Shown here one piece after another: positions 29,239-39,440 of a stretch of 64,000 nt of DNA. The position numbers were made by a program, and so were the translations under genes. The notes under the pieces were generated by a model that saw only the letters and a program-made list of their open reading frames with translations, was not told the origin of the DNA and searched no databases. How positions within the stretch are numbered: the first letter of the stretch is position 1; every line of letters starts with the position of its first letter. The stretch is from contig CAVYGN010000001.1 in assembly GCA_963768055.1 (NCBI GenBank), positions 1,216,001 through 1,280,000 of the forward strand, in the 5' to 3' direction. This stretch comes from an uncultured Spirochaetota bacterium (lineage in GTDB: Bacteria > Spirochaetota > Brevinematia > Brevinematales > JAOACQ01).

Positions 29239-30546
29239 ATGCCTGTCTGGAACCCTCAAATTGAATCCATGCCGAGAAGAGATTTAAAAGAACTTCAATT
29301 AGCCAAGCTTAAAAAACTCGCTGAATATGTTTACAAAAATGTACCTTTTTACAGAAAAAAATTCGATTCAATTAATTTCAAGCCCGATTCAATAAAAAAA
29401 CTTGATGATATAAAATATATTCCATTTACTTCGAAAGACGATCTGAGAGATAATTACCCCTTTCAGCTTTTCGCTACGCCCCTCCGCGATGTCGTCAGGA
29501 TCCATGCTTCAAGCGGCACGACAGGCAAACCCACCGTAGTGGGCTACACAAAAAAAGACCTCGAACTCTGGAGTGAATTAATGGCGCGTATACATACTGC
29601 CGGGGGAGTGACCAGGGACGATATTGCGCAAATTTCATTCGGATACGGACTTTTTACCGGAGGATTCGGGCATCATTACGGACTCGAAAAAATCGGAGCC
29701 ACTGTAATCCCTGCCTCAAGCGGAAACACGGAACGCCAGGTGCAGATCATGAAAGATTTCGGTACAACAGTACTGATCTGTACACCCTCATACGCCTTGC
29801 ATATCGCCGATGTAATGAATGAAATGGGTGTAGATCCGAAAACCGATCTCAAACTTAAATTCGGACTTTTCGGAGCCGAGCCATGGAGCGAGTCGATAAG
29901 GAGAGAGATCGAAAAAAAACTTAACGTAACGGCAACCGATAATTACGGCCTTTCGGAATTAATAGGCCCCGGAGTATCCGGAGAATGCCTTGAAAAAAAC
30001 GGGATGCATGTAAATGAAGATTCTTTCCTCGTTGAAATTATCGACCCGGAGACCGGGGAAAGCCTTAAAGACGGCGATAAGGGCGAATTAGTCATTACGC
30101 CCCTTGACAAGGAAGCCCTGCCCCTTCTGCGTTATCGAACAAAAGACCTTTCGATATTTTCTCCCGAACCCTGCCGCTGCGGCAGGACTACGGCCCGAAT
30201 TATGAAGATCCTGGGCCGGACCGACGATATGCTTATTATCCGCGGGATCAATGTTTTCCCTTCTCAGATCGAAGAAGCCCTCCTGGAAGTCGAGGGCATA
30301 GCGCCTCATTACCAGATAATTGTCGAAAGGCAGAAAAATATCGATACCCTTGAAGTCCATGTCGAAGTCACCGACAGATTGTTTTTTGATGAAATGAAAA
30401 AAATAGTCGAACTTGAAACCCGGATCGTCGACAGGTTATATACCGTACTGGGAATCAAGGTAAAGCTGAAATTAGTAGAGCCGAGGACCATAGAAAGAAG
30501 CATAGGCAAGGCCAGGCGGGTTATCGATAACAGGAAAATTTTTTAG
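29239..30546 (+). CDS. paaK: Phenylacetate-CoA ligase
   Basis: [58 protein letters not shown]. Confidence 0.9.
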   Translation: MPVWNPQIESMPRRDLKELQLAKLKKLAEYVYKNVPFYRKKFDSINFKPDSIKKLDDIKYIPFTSKDDLRDNYPFQLFATPLRDVVRIHASSGTTGKPTVVGYTKKDLELWSELMARIHTAGGVTRDDIAQISFGYGLFTGGFGHHYGLEKIGATVIPASSGNTERQVQIMKDFGTTVLICTPSYALHIADVMNEMGVDPKTDLKLKFGLFGAEPWSESIRREIEKKLNVTATDNYGLSELIGPGVSGECLEKNGMHVNEDSFLVEIIDPETGESLKDGDKGELVITPLDKEALPLLRYRTKDLSIFSPEPCRCGRTTARIMKILGRTDDMLIIRGINVFPSQIEEALLEVEGIAPHYQIIVERQKNIDTLEVHVEVTDRLFFDEMKKIVELETRIVDRLYTVLGIKVKLKLVEPRTIERSIGKARRVIDNRKIF

Positions 30547-30568
30547 TGCCTTACAGCTAAAAGCACCG

Positions 30569-31336
30569 TTAATCGAATTCAATAATTTGCCCGTCAAAAG
30601 CCAGATTTATCCCTCCGGGCAGGGTAAGACTATCCCTTTCATGAAGAAAATGGTGGGTCAAATGAATCAGGTATGTTTTTTCAGGCTTAATAATTTCCGA
30701 AAGCCTGACAGCATCTTCGAGGTTAAAATGGGTCGGATGGGGCTCGCGTCTTAAAGCGTTTATTACAAGCTGCTTAACCCCATGAATTTTTTCTATGCTT
30801 TGCCCTGAAATAAAACTCGCATCGGTAATATAGGCCAGATTTCCGATCCTGTAGCCAAGGATCGGAATAACGCCATGCATGACAGGTATGGGAATTATTT
30901 CAAGTTCATTGATCTTGAAATCATTTTTTACATTAATGAGATTTATTCTAGGTTTTCCGCCGCCTTCCTGGGTTTTTTTGAAGATATAACCGAATCGTAT
31001 CTTTATCTCTTCCAAGGCCTCTTCATTGCCGAATATATCTATAATCCTTTTCATCAGGAAATTAAACTGACGGACTTCGTCCAGGCCGCCGATATGATCC
31101 TGGTGGGAATGAGTTATAAGGATCCCGTCAATCCATTCAATCCCATATTTAAGCGCCTGATACCTGAAATCAGGCCCTATGTCTATGAGTATTTTCGTCC
31201 CGGCGGCACTTACAAAATATGCGCTGCTCCTGAGCCTTTTATCTTTAGGGTCGGAAGACTTGCATATCTCGCATCTACAGCCCGGAACCGGAACCCCGCT
31301 CGAGGTTCCGGTCCCCAGAAAAGTCAGTTTATGCAT
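30569..31336 (-). CDS. MBL-fold metallo-hydrolase, PhnP-like
   Basis: LGTGTSSGVP.PGCRC..C, THSHQDH, HPTHF, IHLTH. Confidence 0.9.
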   Translation of the reverse strand: MHKLTFLGTGTSSGVPVPGCRCEICKSSDPKDKRLRSSAYFVSAAGTKILIDIGPDFRYQALKYGIEWIDGILITHSHQDHIGGLDEVRQFNFLMKRIIDIFGNEEALEEIKIRFGYIFKKTQEGGGKPRINLINVKNDFKINELEIIPIPVMHGVIPILGYRIGNLAYITDASFISGQSIEKIHGVKQLVINALRREPHPTHFNLEDAVRLSEIIKPEKTYLIHLTHHFLHERDSLTLPGGINLAFDGQIIEFD

Positions 31337-31348
31337 ATCAATCCCTGC

Positions 31349-32605
31349 TCATTCATTGCCGGATGACTTTAATTTGCGAAGCCATTCCATTATCTTTTTC
31401 TCGAAACCGAGGGTGCCAGGTTCATAATAAGACACTTCATTTTCAGTGTATTTCTGGTCAATATAATGGTTTTCGAAATCATGGGGGTATTTATAACCTT
31501 CTGACCTGGCGGGACTTCTCAGATAATCGGGTACATTCATGATGTTTCCATTTTTTATATCTTCCTGCGCTTTATTCAGGGCCATATATGCGGTGTTGCT
31601 TTTCGGGACGCCGGCTAACAGAACGGTTGTAAATGCAAGCAATATCCTGCCCTCCGGCATGCCGATCCTCTCTATACCCTCGTAACAGCTTACCGCAGCG
31701 TTCAGGCCTTCCGGATAAGCGAGCCCTATATCTTCGGATGATAGAATTATCAGCCTCCTTGCAATAAAAAGGGGATCCTCCCCTCCCTCAAGCATGAGAG
31801 CAAGATAATACAGGGCGGCGTCGGCATCGCTTCCCCGGACGGATTTTATAAATGCCGAGATTACATCGTAATGGCCTTCTTTATCGGAATATTTTGTTTC
31901 AGCCGACTGGGTTATTTCAAAAATTTTATCTCGTGTGATCTTTATAATCTCCATATTTCCGCTTGAAAAGGCAGCCATTTCAAGAATGTTAAGGATCCTC
32001 CTGGCGTCTCCGGCCAGGTCGATTAAAAGCTCCCTGGCCCCTTCCTCGAATTCTACCTTGAGTTTTGATAAAACCGAGTCGTCTGAAAGGGCGTTGTTCA
32101 AAATGGTATCAAGCTCCTCCTTTGTATGGTTTTTGAATTCATAAATAAAGAGGCGGGACCTCAACGCCGGCTGCATTACGAAATAGGGATTTTCAGTCGT
32201 GGCCCCGATTACAGCTATTTCGCCGTTTTCAAGGGATGAAAGAAAAGCGTCCTGTTTCGGCCTGATAAGCCTGTGGATTTCATCTATAAAAACTATCGTT
32301 CTGACCCCGGCCGCGGCGCTTTCCTCTGCCGAGGCAAGGATTTTGCGGATGCCGTCATTATCAAGCTGAAGGGCATTTGTCCTTATGAAATCGCAGTTCA
32401 GTTCGGCTGCTATAATCTCAGCGAGGCTTGTTTTACCCGTAGCAGGGGGCCCGTAAAATATCATTGAGTAGATAGTTTTGTTTTCAATCATTGTCCGGAC
32501 AGGCTTGCCCTTATCAATAAGGTGAGACTGGCCTATAAAATCCTTGAGCGTCTTCGGCATCAGCCTTTTTGAAAGAGGCAGATTGGTATTCAAGAAAAGT
32601 TCCAT
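31349..32605 (-). CDS. rarA: Replication-associated recombination protein A (RarA/MgsA)
   Basis: GPPATGKT, FIDEIHR, GATTENP, YDVISAFIKSVRGSD, YKYPHD. Confidence 0.93.
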   Translation of the reverse strand: MELFLNTNLPLSKRLMPKTLKDFIGQSHLIDKGKPVRTMIENKTIYSMIFYGPPATGKTSLAEIIAAELNCDFIRTNALQLDNDGIRKILASAEESAAAGVRTIVFIDEIHRLIRPKQDAFLSSLENGEIAVIGATTENPYFVMQPALRSRLFIYEFKNHTKEELDTILNNALSDDSVLSKLKVEFEEGARELLIDLAGDARRILNILEMAAFSSGNMEIIKITRDKIFEITQSAETKYSDKEGHYDVISAFIKSVRGSDADAALYYLALMLEGGEDPLFIARRLIILSSEDIGLAYPEGLNAAVSCYEGIERIGMPEGRILLAFTTVLLAGVPKSNTAYMALNKAQEDIKNGNIMNVPDYLRSPARSEGYKYPHDFENHYIDQKYTENEVSYYEPGTLGFEKKIMEWLRKLKSSGNE

Positions 32606-32615
32606 CGATCTTCTC

Positions 32616-33698
32616 CTAAGAACTTTTCATTATCCTCATGAAATCGTCGAAAAGATACCGGGAATCATGAGGCCCCGGAGAAGCTTCCGGATGGTACTGA
32701 ACCGAGAACGCCCTGAATTTTTTATGCCTTAAACCCTCGACCGTCCTGTCGTTAAGATTTAAGTGAGTTACTTCTATATCTGACGGTATCGAATCCTCGA
32801 CAATTGAAAAACCATGATTCTGGGATGTTATTTCTACACAGCCGGTCGATAAATTTTTTACCGGCTGATTTGCTCCCCTGTGCCCGAATTTAAGCTTGTA
32901 AATTTGGGCTCCGGCCGCAAGGCCGAGAAGCTGGTGACCAAGGCAGATCCCGAATATGGGGACCTTGCCGAGAATACCCTTGATGGCGTTTATGGCATAC
33001 CTGACTTCCCTCGGGTCCCCTGGGCCGTTTGCAAGGAAAACCCCGTCCGGCTTCAAATCGAGTATCTGCCTGTCGGTATACATTGCCGGAATCAGTGTGA
33101 TATTCGCCCCCAAAGAGTCGAATATCCTCATGATATTATGTTTCACCCCGGTTTGCACAGCAACTATATGAGGATTGCCGCTTTTAAATTCCTTCCATCT
33201 GACCGGCTTGTCGATCGATACCTGGGGAACGAGATCCAGCCCCGACATATCGGGGACCTTTGACAATTTTTCCTTAAGGCTTTCTATATCGAAATCGATT
33301 GCCGACAGTATGCCGTTCATTGCCCCGGTAATGCGGATTATCCGCGTCAATTTCCTCGTGTCTATCCCCTCGATCCCGGCAACGCTGTTTTTTTCCAGGA
33401 GCTCCCCGATCGTGCCCCTGCTGCTCCAGTTCGAATCTATTTTTGACGCTTCCCTGACAATAAAACCGGCGGCCTGGATTTTTTCAGATTCCATATTATC
33501 CGGATTCACGCCGTAATTGCCGATCAGGGGATATGTCATTGTTATGATCTGCCCTTTATAAGACGGGTCTGTAAGGATTTCCTGGTATCCTGTCATAGCG
33601 GTGTTGAAGACTACCTCGCCCATCGTTTCGCCCTGAAACCCGAAGTTCCTGCCGCGGAATATCTCACCGTTTTTCAGAAGAAGCACGGCTTTACGCAT
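32616..33698 (-). CDS. carA: Carbamoyl-phosphate synthase small subunit
   Basis: GEVVFNTAMTGYQE, NGPGDP, GICLGHQ, QYHPEASPGP. Confidence 0.97.
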   Translation of the reverse strand: MRKAVLLLKNGEIFRGRNFGFQGETMGEVVFNTAMTGYQEILTDPSYKGQIITMTYPLIGNYGVNPDNMESEKIQAAGFIVREASKIDSNWSSRGTIGELLEKNSVAGIEGIDTRKLTRIIRITGAMNGILSAIDFDIESLKEKLSKVPDMSGLDLVPQVSIDKPVRWKEFKSGNPHIVAVQTGVKHNIMRIFDSLGANITLIPAMYTDRQILDLKPDGVFLANGPGDPREVRYAINAIKGILGKVPIFGICLGHQLLGLAAGAQIYKLKFGHRGANQPVKNLSTGCVEITSQNHGFSIVEDSIPSDIEVTHLNLNDRTVEGLRHKKFRAFSVQYHPEASPGPHDSRYLFDDFMRIMKSS

Positions 33699-33867
33699 GA
33701 TTTTACTCCCGCCTTAATTATAATATTGAAAACGATTATTCTCAAATAACGGGGGAACGGGGAAACTGGGATTTACACAGAGAGACAGAGGAACGTAGAG
33801 TTTATATTTACTGCTGCTTTATCTGTATTTCTTTCTTTTATTAAATCTGCCGACAACCGGGTGTGGT

Positions 33868-34431
33868 TTACCGCAAACCATGAACCTTCAAATACAGCAG
33901 CGCTATGATCGTCTTCGAGTCTTCTATCTTCCCCTCGTCTATCATCGACAGGGCCTTTTCAAAAGGGACCCTCTCGCAGGCTATGAATTCATCGTCGTCG
34001 GGATCAGTCGAACCGGCCGCGAGGTCCGAAGCTTTGAAAAGGTGCAGCCTCTCCGTGCTGTAGCCCGGGCATGGAAAATACGAGCAGAATAGCTCGAGCT
34101 TTTGGGCTTTATATCCCGATTCCTCGAGCAGTTCCCTTTCCGCGGCCGACTTGAGGTCTTCCGACGGGCTGTCGAGTTTTCCCGCCGGGATTTCGTAAAT
34201 AACCCGCCCTATCGGATACCTGAACTGCCTCACAAGGATAATATCGGTTTTATCGATGAAGGGGACTATTCCGACCGCTTCCGGGTAGAACACATAATCC
34301 TTTTTCGCCTCCCTGCCGTCGGGAAGCCTTACAAGGTCGGATTTAAAGCTGAAAGATTTGCCGGTGTGAATAATTGAACTGTTTATCGTATGCTCTTTTA
34401 AATCGCTAAAATGCGTTCTGCCTGATTTCAT
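33868..34431 (-). CDS. NUDIX hydrolase (ADP-ribose pyrophosphatase-like)
   Basis: EIPAGK..AAERELLEESG Nudix box, QFRYP, IEDSKT. Confidence 0.9.
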   Translation of the reverse strand: MKSGRTHFSDLKEHTINSSIIHTGKSFSFKSDLVRLPDGREAKKDYVFYPEAVGIVPFIDKTDIILVRQFRYPIGRVIYEIPAGKLDSPSEDLKSAAERELLEESGYKAQKLELFCSYFPCPGYSTERLHLFKASDLAAGSTDPDDDEFIACERVPFEKALSMIDEGKIEDSKTIIALLYLKVHGLR

Positions 34432-35830
34432 TCTCGAAACCGCCTTTTGAAAAATTGCTTATCGGCGAAGGGTATTCGCCGTCAAAACAGGCCTTGCAGT
34501 AATCGTCGAATACGGCTTCTTCGTCGAACAATCCTTCAGTGCTAATATAACCGACGGATTCAACCCCGATGAATTTAGCTATTTCTTCCAGAGAACCTGT
34601 TATATTGGCAAGCAATTCCTCGTAAGTTGAAAAATCGATACCGTAATAGCATGGATGTCGTACCGGGGGCGAAGCGACCCTGAAATGGACTTCCGCGGGG
34701 GAACAGCTTCTGACCAGTTTCACGATTTTACGCGAGGTGGTGCCCCTGACTATAGAGTCATCGATCAAAACAACCCTTTTACCCTCGATTATCTCCCTCA
34801 CCGGGATAAATTTCATCTTTACGCCGAAATCCCTTATTTTTTGCGAGGGCTCGATAAATGTTCTGCCTATGTAATGGCTCCTTATTAAACCGAGGGCGAG
34901 CGGAATTTTCGATTCGTGCGAATAGCCCAGCGCAGATACCATACCGGAATCGGGAACAGGGATAATATAATCCGCTTCGACGGGATGTTCCCTCGCCAGT
35001 TTTCTGCCGATTTCAAACCTGTAATTATATACGCTTTTATCAAAAACTTTCGAGGAAGGCTTTGAAAAATATATCAATTCAAAAACGCAATGGTTCGGTT
35101 TTACTTCTTTATCGGTAATCTTGTAACTCTCAATTCCTCTTTCAGTTACCACGGCAATCTCATTGGGCTTCACATCCCTGATTTTCGATGCTTCCACTAT
35201 TGAAAAGGCGCTGTCCTCAGAAGCGAATACTATGGTGTCGCCCATTTCAGGAATATTTGTCCCGATTTTCCCCATCGAAAGCGGGCGGAATCCCATAGGG
35301 TCTCTTGCGGCGATAAGCATGTCCTTTGAAAGAACAAGCAGAGAAAAAGATCCCTCAAGCCGGCCAAGGGCAAATTTCACTGAATCGATAAGGTTATCCG
35401 CAGGGGCATCCGCTATAAGCTGAAGAATGACCTCGCTGTCGCTCGAAGAATGAAAACTCATACCTTTCCCCATCAATTCTTCCCTTATCGCATTTGCGTT
35501 TGTGATGTTGCCGTTATGGGAGATAGCTATGGCCCCCTTGGAAATTGCGGCGGTGATGGGCTGCGCGTTGACCAATGCCGGCGAACCGGTTGTCGAATAC
35601 CTTACATGGCCTATCGAACTGTAGCCCTGAAGATATGAAAGTATGGGCTCGTCAAAAAAGTCGCTTACGCGGCCAAGACCAACCTGTTTATATAAAAATG
35701 AACCGTCCGAACTCACTATGCCGCAGGATTCCTGCCCCCTGTGTTGAAGCACAGTCAGTCCAAGATATACATATCTGGACGCCTCACTTAATCCGAAAAT
35801 CCCGAATACCCCGCATTCTTCCTTTATCAT
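34406..35830 (-). CDS. purF: Amidophosphoribosyltransferase
   Basis: EECGVFG, QHRGQE, GHVRYST, LIDDSIVRGTT, CYYGID, C..CF. Confidence 0.97.
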   Translation of the reverse strand: MIKEECGVFGIFGLSEASRYVYLGLTVLQHRGQESCGIVSSDGSFLYKQVGLGRVSDFFDEPILSYLQGYSSIGHVRYSTTGSPALVNAQPITAAISKGAIAISHNGNITNANAIREELMGKGMSFHSSSDSEVILQLIADAPADNLIDSVKFALGRLEGSFSLLVLSKDMLIAARDPMGFRPLSMGKIGTNIPEMGDTIVFASEDSAFSIVEASKIRDVKPNEIAVVTERGIESYKITDKEVKPNHCVFELIYFSKPSSKVFDKSVYNYRFEIGRKLAREHPVEADYIIPVPDSGMVSALGYSHESKIPLALGLIRSHYIGRTFIEPSQKIRDFGVKMKFIPVREIIEGKRVVLIDDSIVRGTTSRKIVKLVRSCSPAEVHFRVASPPVRHPCYYGIDFSTYEELLANITGSLEEIAKFIGVESVGYISTEGLFDEEAVFDDYCKACFDGEYPSPISNFSKGGFENEIRQNAF

Positions 35831-35851
35831 TTAACCGATTCACCCCCTTCC

Positions 35852-36616
35852 TTATTTTACATAGAGTTTTCTTATTTTCAAATATTCATCTTTTTTAAGC
35901 GGCGAATAAATACAGAACTGGTTCTTGCCCAGGAATTTTGCCTCGTATAATGCATTGTCAGCTTCGTTCTGCAGCTTCTGAAACAACTTATCGATACCTT
36001 CAGGTTCAAGCAATTTTTTTTCTGTAAAATGATACTCTACAAACGATATTCCTGCGCTTACGCTTACAAAAATTTTTTCTCCAATGCATTCAAGGACTAT
36101 GCTTCTGATCTTTTCAAGTATTTTATCACAGAATATTATAGCACCCTTTAAATCCGTCGATGGAAGGATCACATCGAATTCTTCCCCGCCGAAACGGATC
36201 GCGTAGTCCGTAGGCCTTGAATTTCCCCTGATAATAGAAGCTATTTCAATAAGGACCTTGTCGCCGATATCATGGCCGTATTTGTTATTAAAATGGGAAA
36301 AATCGTCGATGTCGAAACGAACAAAGGAAATGGGATACACAATTCCCTTCATTCCAAAAAATATCCTGGATGCCGTTTTTATTATCGTAACAAGGTAATC
36401 GCCCCTGTATTTAAGAAGGTTTGTTTTTTCGTCTATATTGATCTTTTTTTCCAAAAGTTTGTACTTGTCAATAAGAGCAAAATAATCAAGTTCCGAAAGC
36501 CTTAAAGCTTCCACGATATCGTCCGTAACAGCGTCATAATTAAGCAGATGGGTCAGGAGCTGGATATTCCTGATCTGAAACTCGGATAATATTTTTTCTT
36601 CTTTTTTCGGTTTCAT
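35852..36616 (-). CDS. GGDEF-domain diguanylate cyclase
   Basis: FDIDDF..FNNKYGHDIGD, RPTD (RxxD I-site) followed by RFGGEEF, ADNALYEAK..GKN. Confidence 0.85.
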   Translation of the reverse strand: MKPKKEEKILSEFQIRNIQLLTHLLNYDAVTDDIVEALRLSELDYFALIDKYKLLEKKINIDEKTNLLKYRGDYLVTIIKTASRIFFGMKGIVYPISFVRFDIDDFSHFNNKYGHDIGDKVLIEIASIIRGNSRPTDYAIRFGGEEFDVILPSTDLKGAIIFCDKILEKIRSIVLECIGEKIFVSVSAGISFVEYHFTEKKLLEPEGIDKLFQKLQNEADNALYEAKFLGKNQFCIYSPLKKDEYLKIRKLYVK

Positions 36617-36630
36617 ATTTTCCTCCTGAG

Positions 36631-39072
36631 TCAGGCCCCTAACACATCCATGGCGGTCTTTACTGCCTCAACTGCGTTGACGGAATAATGCGCTCCGATA
36701 CTGTCCGAGAAATCCCGCGTTACAGCCGCTCCCCCGACAAGGACTTTGAAATTCCTGCCTTTTTCATTCATAAGTTCCATGAATTCTTTCATCCTGGGCA
36801 TTGTAGTTGTCATTAACGCGGACAGCGCGATTAAATCGGCATGATTTTCCATCGCTTTTTCAAGTATAATATCGTTAGGCACATCTTTACCCAGATCTAT
36901 CACATCAAAGCCGTAATTCCTGAATAACAGGATAACAATATTCTTCCCTATATCGTGAACATCGCCTTTAACCGTTGCAAATACTACCCTGCCCTTCGAA
37001 TTGCTTCTGCCGCCCTTGTTCAATAGAGGCTCGATAACAGAAAAGGCTGTTTTCATTGTCTCGGCCGAAAGCATTAATTGCGGAAGAAAATATATTTTTT
37101 TTTCGTAAAGATTGCCGACCTCATTTACCGCGGGCAGTAAAAATTTATTCAAAATATCGTCTGGGCCTATCGGCTCTTTAAGCGCATCCTCAATCAATAT
37201 TGAAATATTCTCTTTGTTCCCCTTTAAAACGGCCTTGTACAACTTTTCCCCGACAGGCAAACTATCCCCTGATTTTTCTTCGTTTATAGTTTTAACTGTC
37301 TTAACACCCGCTTCGTTTTTGTCTTTTTCATAACCCGAGTAAGCGGTAATATATGCAGAGGCGTTGCCGTCCCTTGACAATAAAACATCCGATGCCCTGA
37401 CCATTCCCATCAGCTCGGAATCGAACGGGTTAACTATAGCCGAAGTAAGTCCGTTGGCAATGGCCATCGATAAAAAATTCCTGTTGATGAAAGAACGGGC
37501 GGGCAGGCCGAAGGAAATATTGGAAAGCCCGCATGTTGTGAAAAGGCCCAATTCCTCTTTGAATAATCTTATAGTCTTAAGCGTTTCAGCGGCCCCCTGC
37601 TGCTCAGCGCTTACCGTTAGAACAAGCGGGTCGGCGAGAATATTTTTTTTATCTATGCCGGTCCGAACGGCCTCATCGACTATTTTCCTCATCAAAGCCG
37701 CTCTTTCCCCGGCGGTTTTCGGAATTCCCTTTTCGTCTATCGGCAAAGCTATAAAAGCCGCTCCGTATTTTTTAACATCTTTAAGCAGGCCAAGCCGGCT
37801 CCCTTCGGCAGAAATGGAATTGAGAAGCGGTTTCCCCGGATATATCTTCATTGCAGCAGCAGCTGCCTCCGGATTTGCGGTATCTATTGATAGAGGAGTT
37901 TTAACGAGATTACCCAGGATCTCTATCCCCTTCTCAAAATATAAAGCTTCGGAAATCCCCTCGATTCCCATGTTTAAATCCAGTATCCCGGCTCCCGCAC
38001 TTTCCTGGGCAAGGGCTTCATCCCGGAATAACTCAAAACGCCCTTCCTTAATATCTTCCGATAGTTTTTTACGTGCCGTCGGATTTAATCTTTCCCCTAT
38101 TACAGTGAAAGGCAGGTCGAAGCCTATTTTCCTGACGGAATACCGGCTCGAAAGTTTCATAAAATCAATGACTGCCTTTTTCCTTTTAAGGAAAGGCTGT
38201 TGTTCTGCCGCTCTATCATGGAGAAATTTAATATGGTCGGGAGTCGTTCCGCAGCAGCCTCCTACGGCGTTCGCACCGCATTCAATCATACGGAGGGCGG
38301 TGTCCGCGTAGCTTTCAGGCGTCGTTTTGAAAACCGTTTTCCCGTTCGAAAGGACCGGCTTGCCGGCGTTAGCCTGGGCAATAATTGGAATGGAAATCAG
38401 AGATTCTATTTCACGAATTATCCTGAGCATGTCAATAGGCCCGGTGCCGCAATTGGTTCCGGCCATATCGACTCCGAGGGCTTCCATAAGGGTAAAAGAA
38501 GCACCTGCGGGACTGCCGGTGACTGTTCTTCCGTCCTCTTCGAAAGTAATACTGGCTATTACCGGAAGATCGCAGACTTCCCTGCAGGCTATTATACCCG
38601 CTTTTAATTCCAGTATATCAATGTGGGTCTCGAAAAATATGCAGTCTGCGCCGGCATCGGCGAGAATTTCTATCTGTTCTTTATAAATATCTCCCATCTC
38701 GTCGAAAGATATACTGCCCAGCGGCTTTACGAACTTCCCGGTAGGGCCGACATCTCCGGCGACAAGAGCCCTGTTTTGAGCCGCCTTCTTCGCCAGCTTT
38801 ACAGCCGCCCCGTTTATTTCTTTAAGCCTGTTTTCAAGATTAAACTCGGAAAGCTTTATCCTGTTTCCGCCTAATGTATTTGTAATGATCAGATCGCTTC
38901 CCGCTTCGATATAGCTTCTGTGCACCGATTCGATAATATCACCATTGGTAATATTCCAAAGCTCCGGACAATCCCCGCCTGAGAGACCATACTTTTGAAG
39001 CAGCACTCCCATCGACCCGTCGCTGAAAGCCACGGATCCAAGGGATTTTTCATAAAACTCCTTCCAATTCAC
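36631..39072 (-). CDS. metH: Cobalamin-dependent methionine synthase lacking the C-terminal AdoMet reactivation domain
   Basis: DGSMG, NCG and GGCCGT (Hcy/Zn), IGERLNPT (pterin-binding), DVHDIGKN (B12-binding); ends at 813 aa. Confidence 0.88.
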   Translation of the reverse strand: MNWKEFYEKSLGSVAFSDGSMGVLLQKYGLSGGDCPELWNITNGDIIESVHRSYIEAGSDLIITNTLGGNRIKLSEFNLENRLKEINGAAVKLAKKAAQNRALVAGDVGPTGKFVKPLGSISFDEMGDIYKEQIEILADAGADCIFFETHIDILELKAGIIACREVCDLPVIASITFEEDGRTVTGSPAGASFTLMEALGVDMAGTNCGTGPIDMLRIIREIESLISIPIIAQANAGKPVLSNGKTVFKTTPESYADTALRMIECGANAVGGCCGTTPDHIKFLHDRAAEQQPFLKRKKAVIDFMKLSSRYSVRKIGFDLPFTVIGERLNPTARKKLSEDIKEGRFELFRDEALAQESAGAGILDLNMGIEGISEALYFEKGIEILGNLVKTPLSIDTANPEAAAAAMKIYPGKPLLNSISAEGSRLGLLKDVKKYGAAFIALPIDEKGIPKTAGERAALMRKIVDEAVRTGIDKKNILADPLVLTVSAEQQGAAETLKTIRLFKEELGLFTTCGLSNISFGLPARSFINRNFLSMAIANGLTSAIVNPFDSELMGMVRASDVLLSRDGNASAYITAYSGYEKDKNEAGVKTVKTINEEKSGDSLPVGEKLYKAVLKGNKENISILIEDALKEPIGPDDILNKFLLPAVNEVGNLYEKKIYFLPQLMLSAETMKTAFSVIEPLLNKGGRSNSKGRVVFATVKGDVHDIGKNIVILLFRNYGFDVIDLGKDVPNDIILEKAMENHADLIALSALMTTTMPRMKEFMELMNEKGRNFKVLVGGAAVTRDFSDSIGAHYSVNAVEAVKTAMDVLGA

Positions 39073-39099
39073 GAAGGCTTTCTCCTTTCAATATGTCGA

Positions 39100-39195
39100 T
39101 TAAGGGCGCTTTTAATATACCCTAACGGACACCTTCGGCCCTTCGGATAGGAAGCGCACCTGTCCTGGGGCCAGGCACCAGGGCCCATAGGGCAA
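39100..39195 (-). promoter_or_regulatory. Structured 5' leader of the metH operon, candidate riboswitch of unassigned class
   Basis: TATAAT at 39203-39198; closing stem UGCCCU-AUGGGC/GUCCGU-U-AGGGUA with G-U pairs on the minus strand; internal hairpins; GCGCUU/AAGCGC potential pseudoknot. Confidence 0.45.
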
Positions 39196-39381
39196 ATATT
39201 ATAAATACACAGTTCTTTTAGAAGATAGGATGATATTCTTGATGCATTAGAACTGCCATTAATTCTATATTATTTCATTGAAAATTCCTAATTATTGCAG
39301 GAATATATTGACTTACCCGGCTATGGGCAGTATATGGGTTTCAAAGATGTTACAATAAAATAAATTTTATTATATAAACTG

Positions 39382-39426
39382 TTGACAAAATCATTTCAAT
39401 TAGTTACAATGAGTATTCACTCATTG
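39382..39426 (+). promoter_or_regulatory. sigma70 promoter with overlapping palindromic operator (probable TetR autoregulation)
   Basis: TTGACA-17 bp-TACAAT (39382-39410); CAATGAGT-ATTC-ACTCATTG (39407-39426) overlaps the -10 and start site. Confidence 0.75.
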
Positions 39427-39440
39427 AGTATGGAGTCATT

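Noticed and set aside
33750..33845. Purine-rich then pyrimidine-rich tract between nudix and carA
   Set aside because: Complementarity is loose, with no clear stem or known motif, so it cannot be supported as a regulatory RNA.
37364..38311. 315-aa plus-strand ORF
   Set aside because: Lies entirely antisense to metH, has an S/P/I-rich shadow composition and no motifs.
39100..39195. Assignment of the metH leader as a SAM-I, SAH or cobalamin riboswitch
   Set aside because: Only AGGUGC..UUCC resembles SAM-I. The AUCxAGAG and GGCAACC cores, the SAH GAGGAGCG core and a B12 box are not visible, so it is left unassigned.
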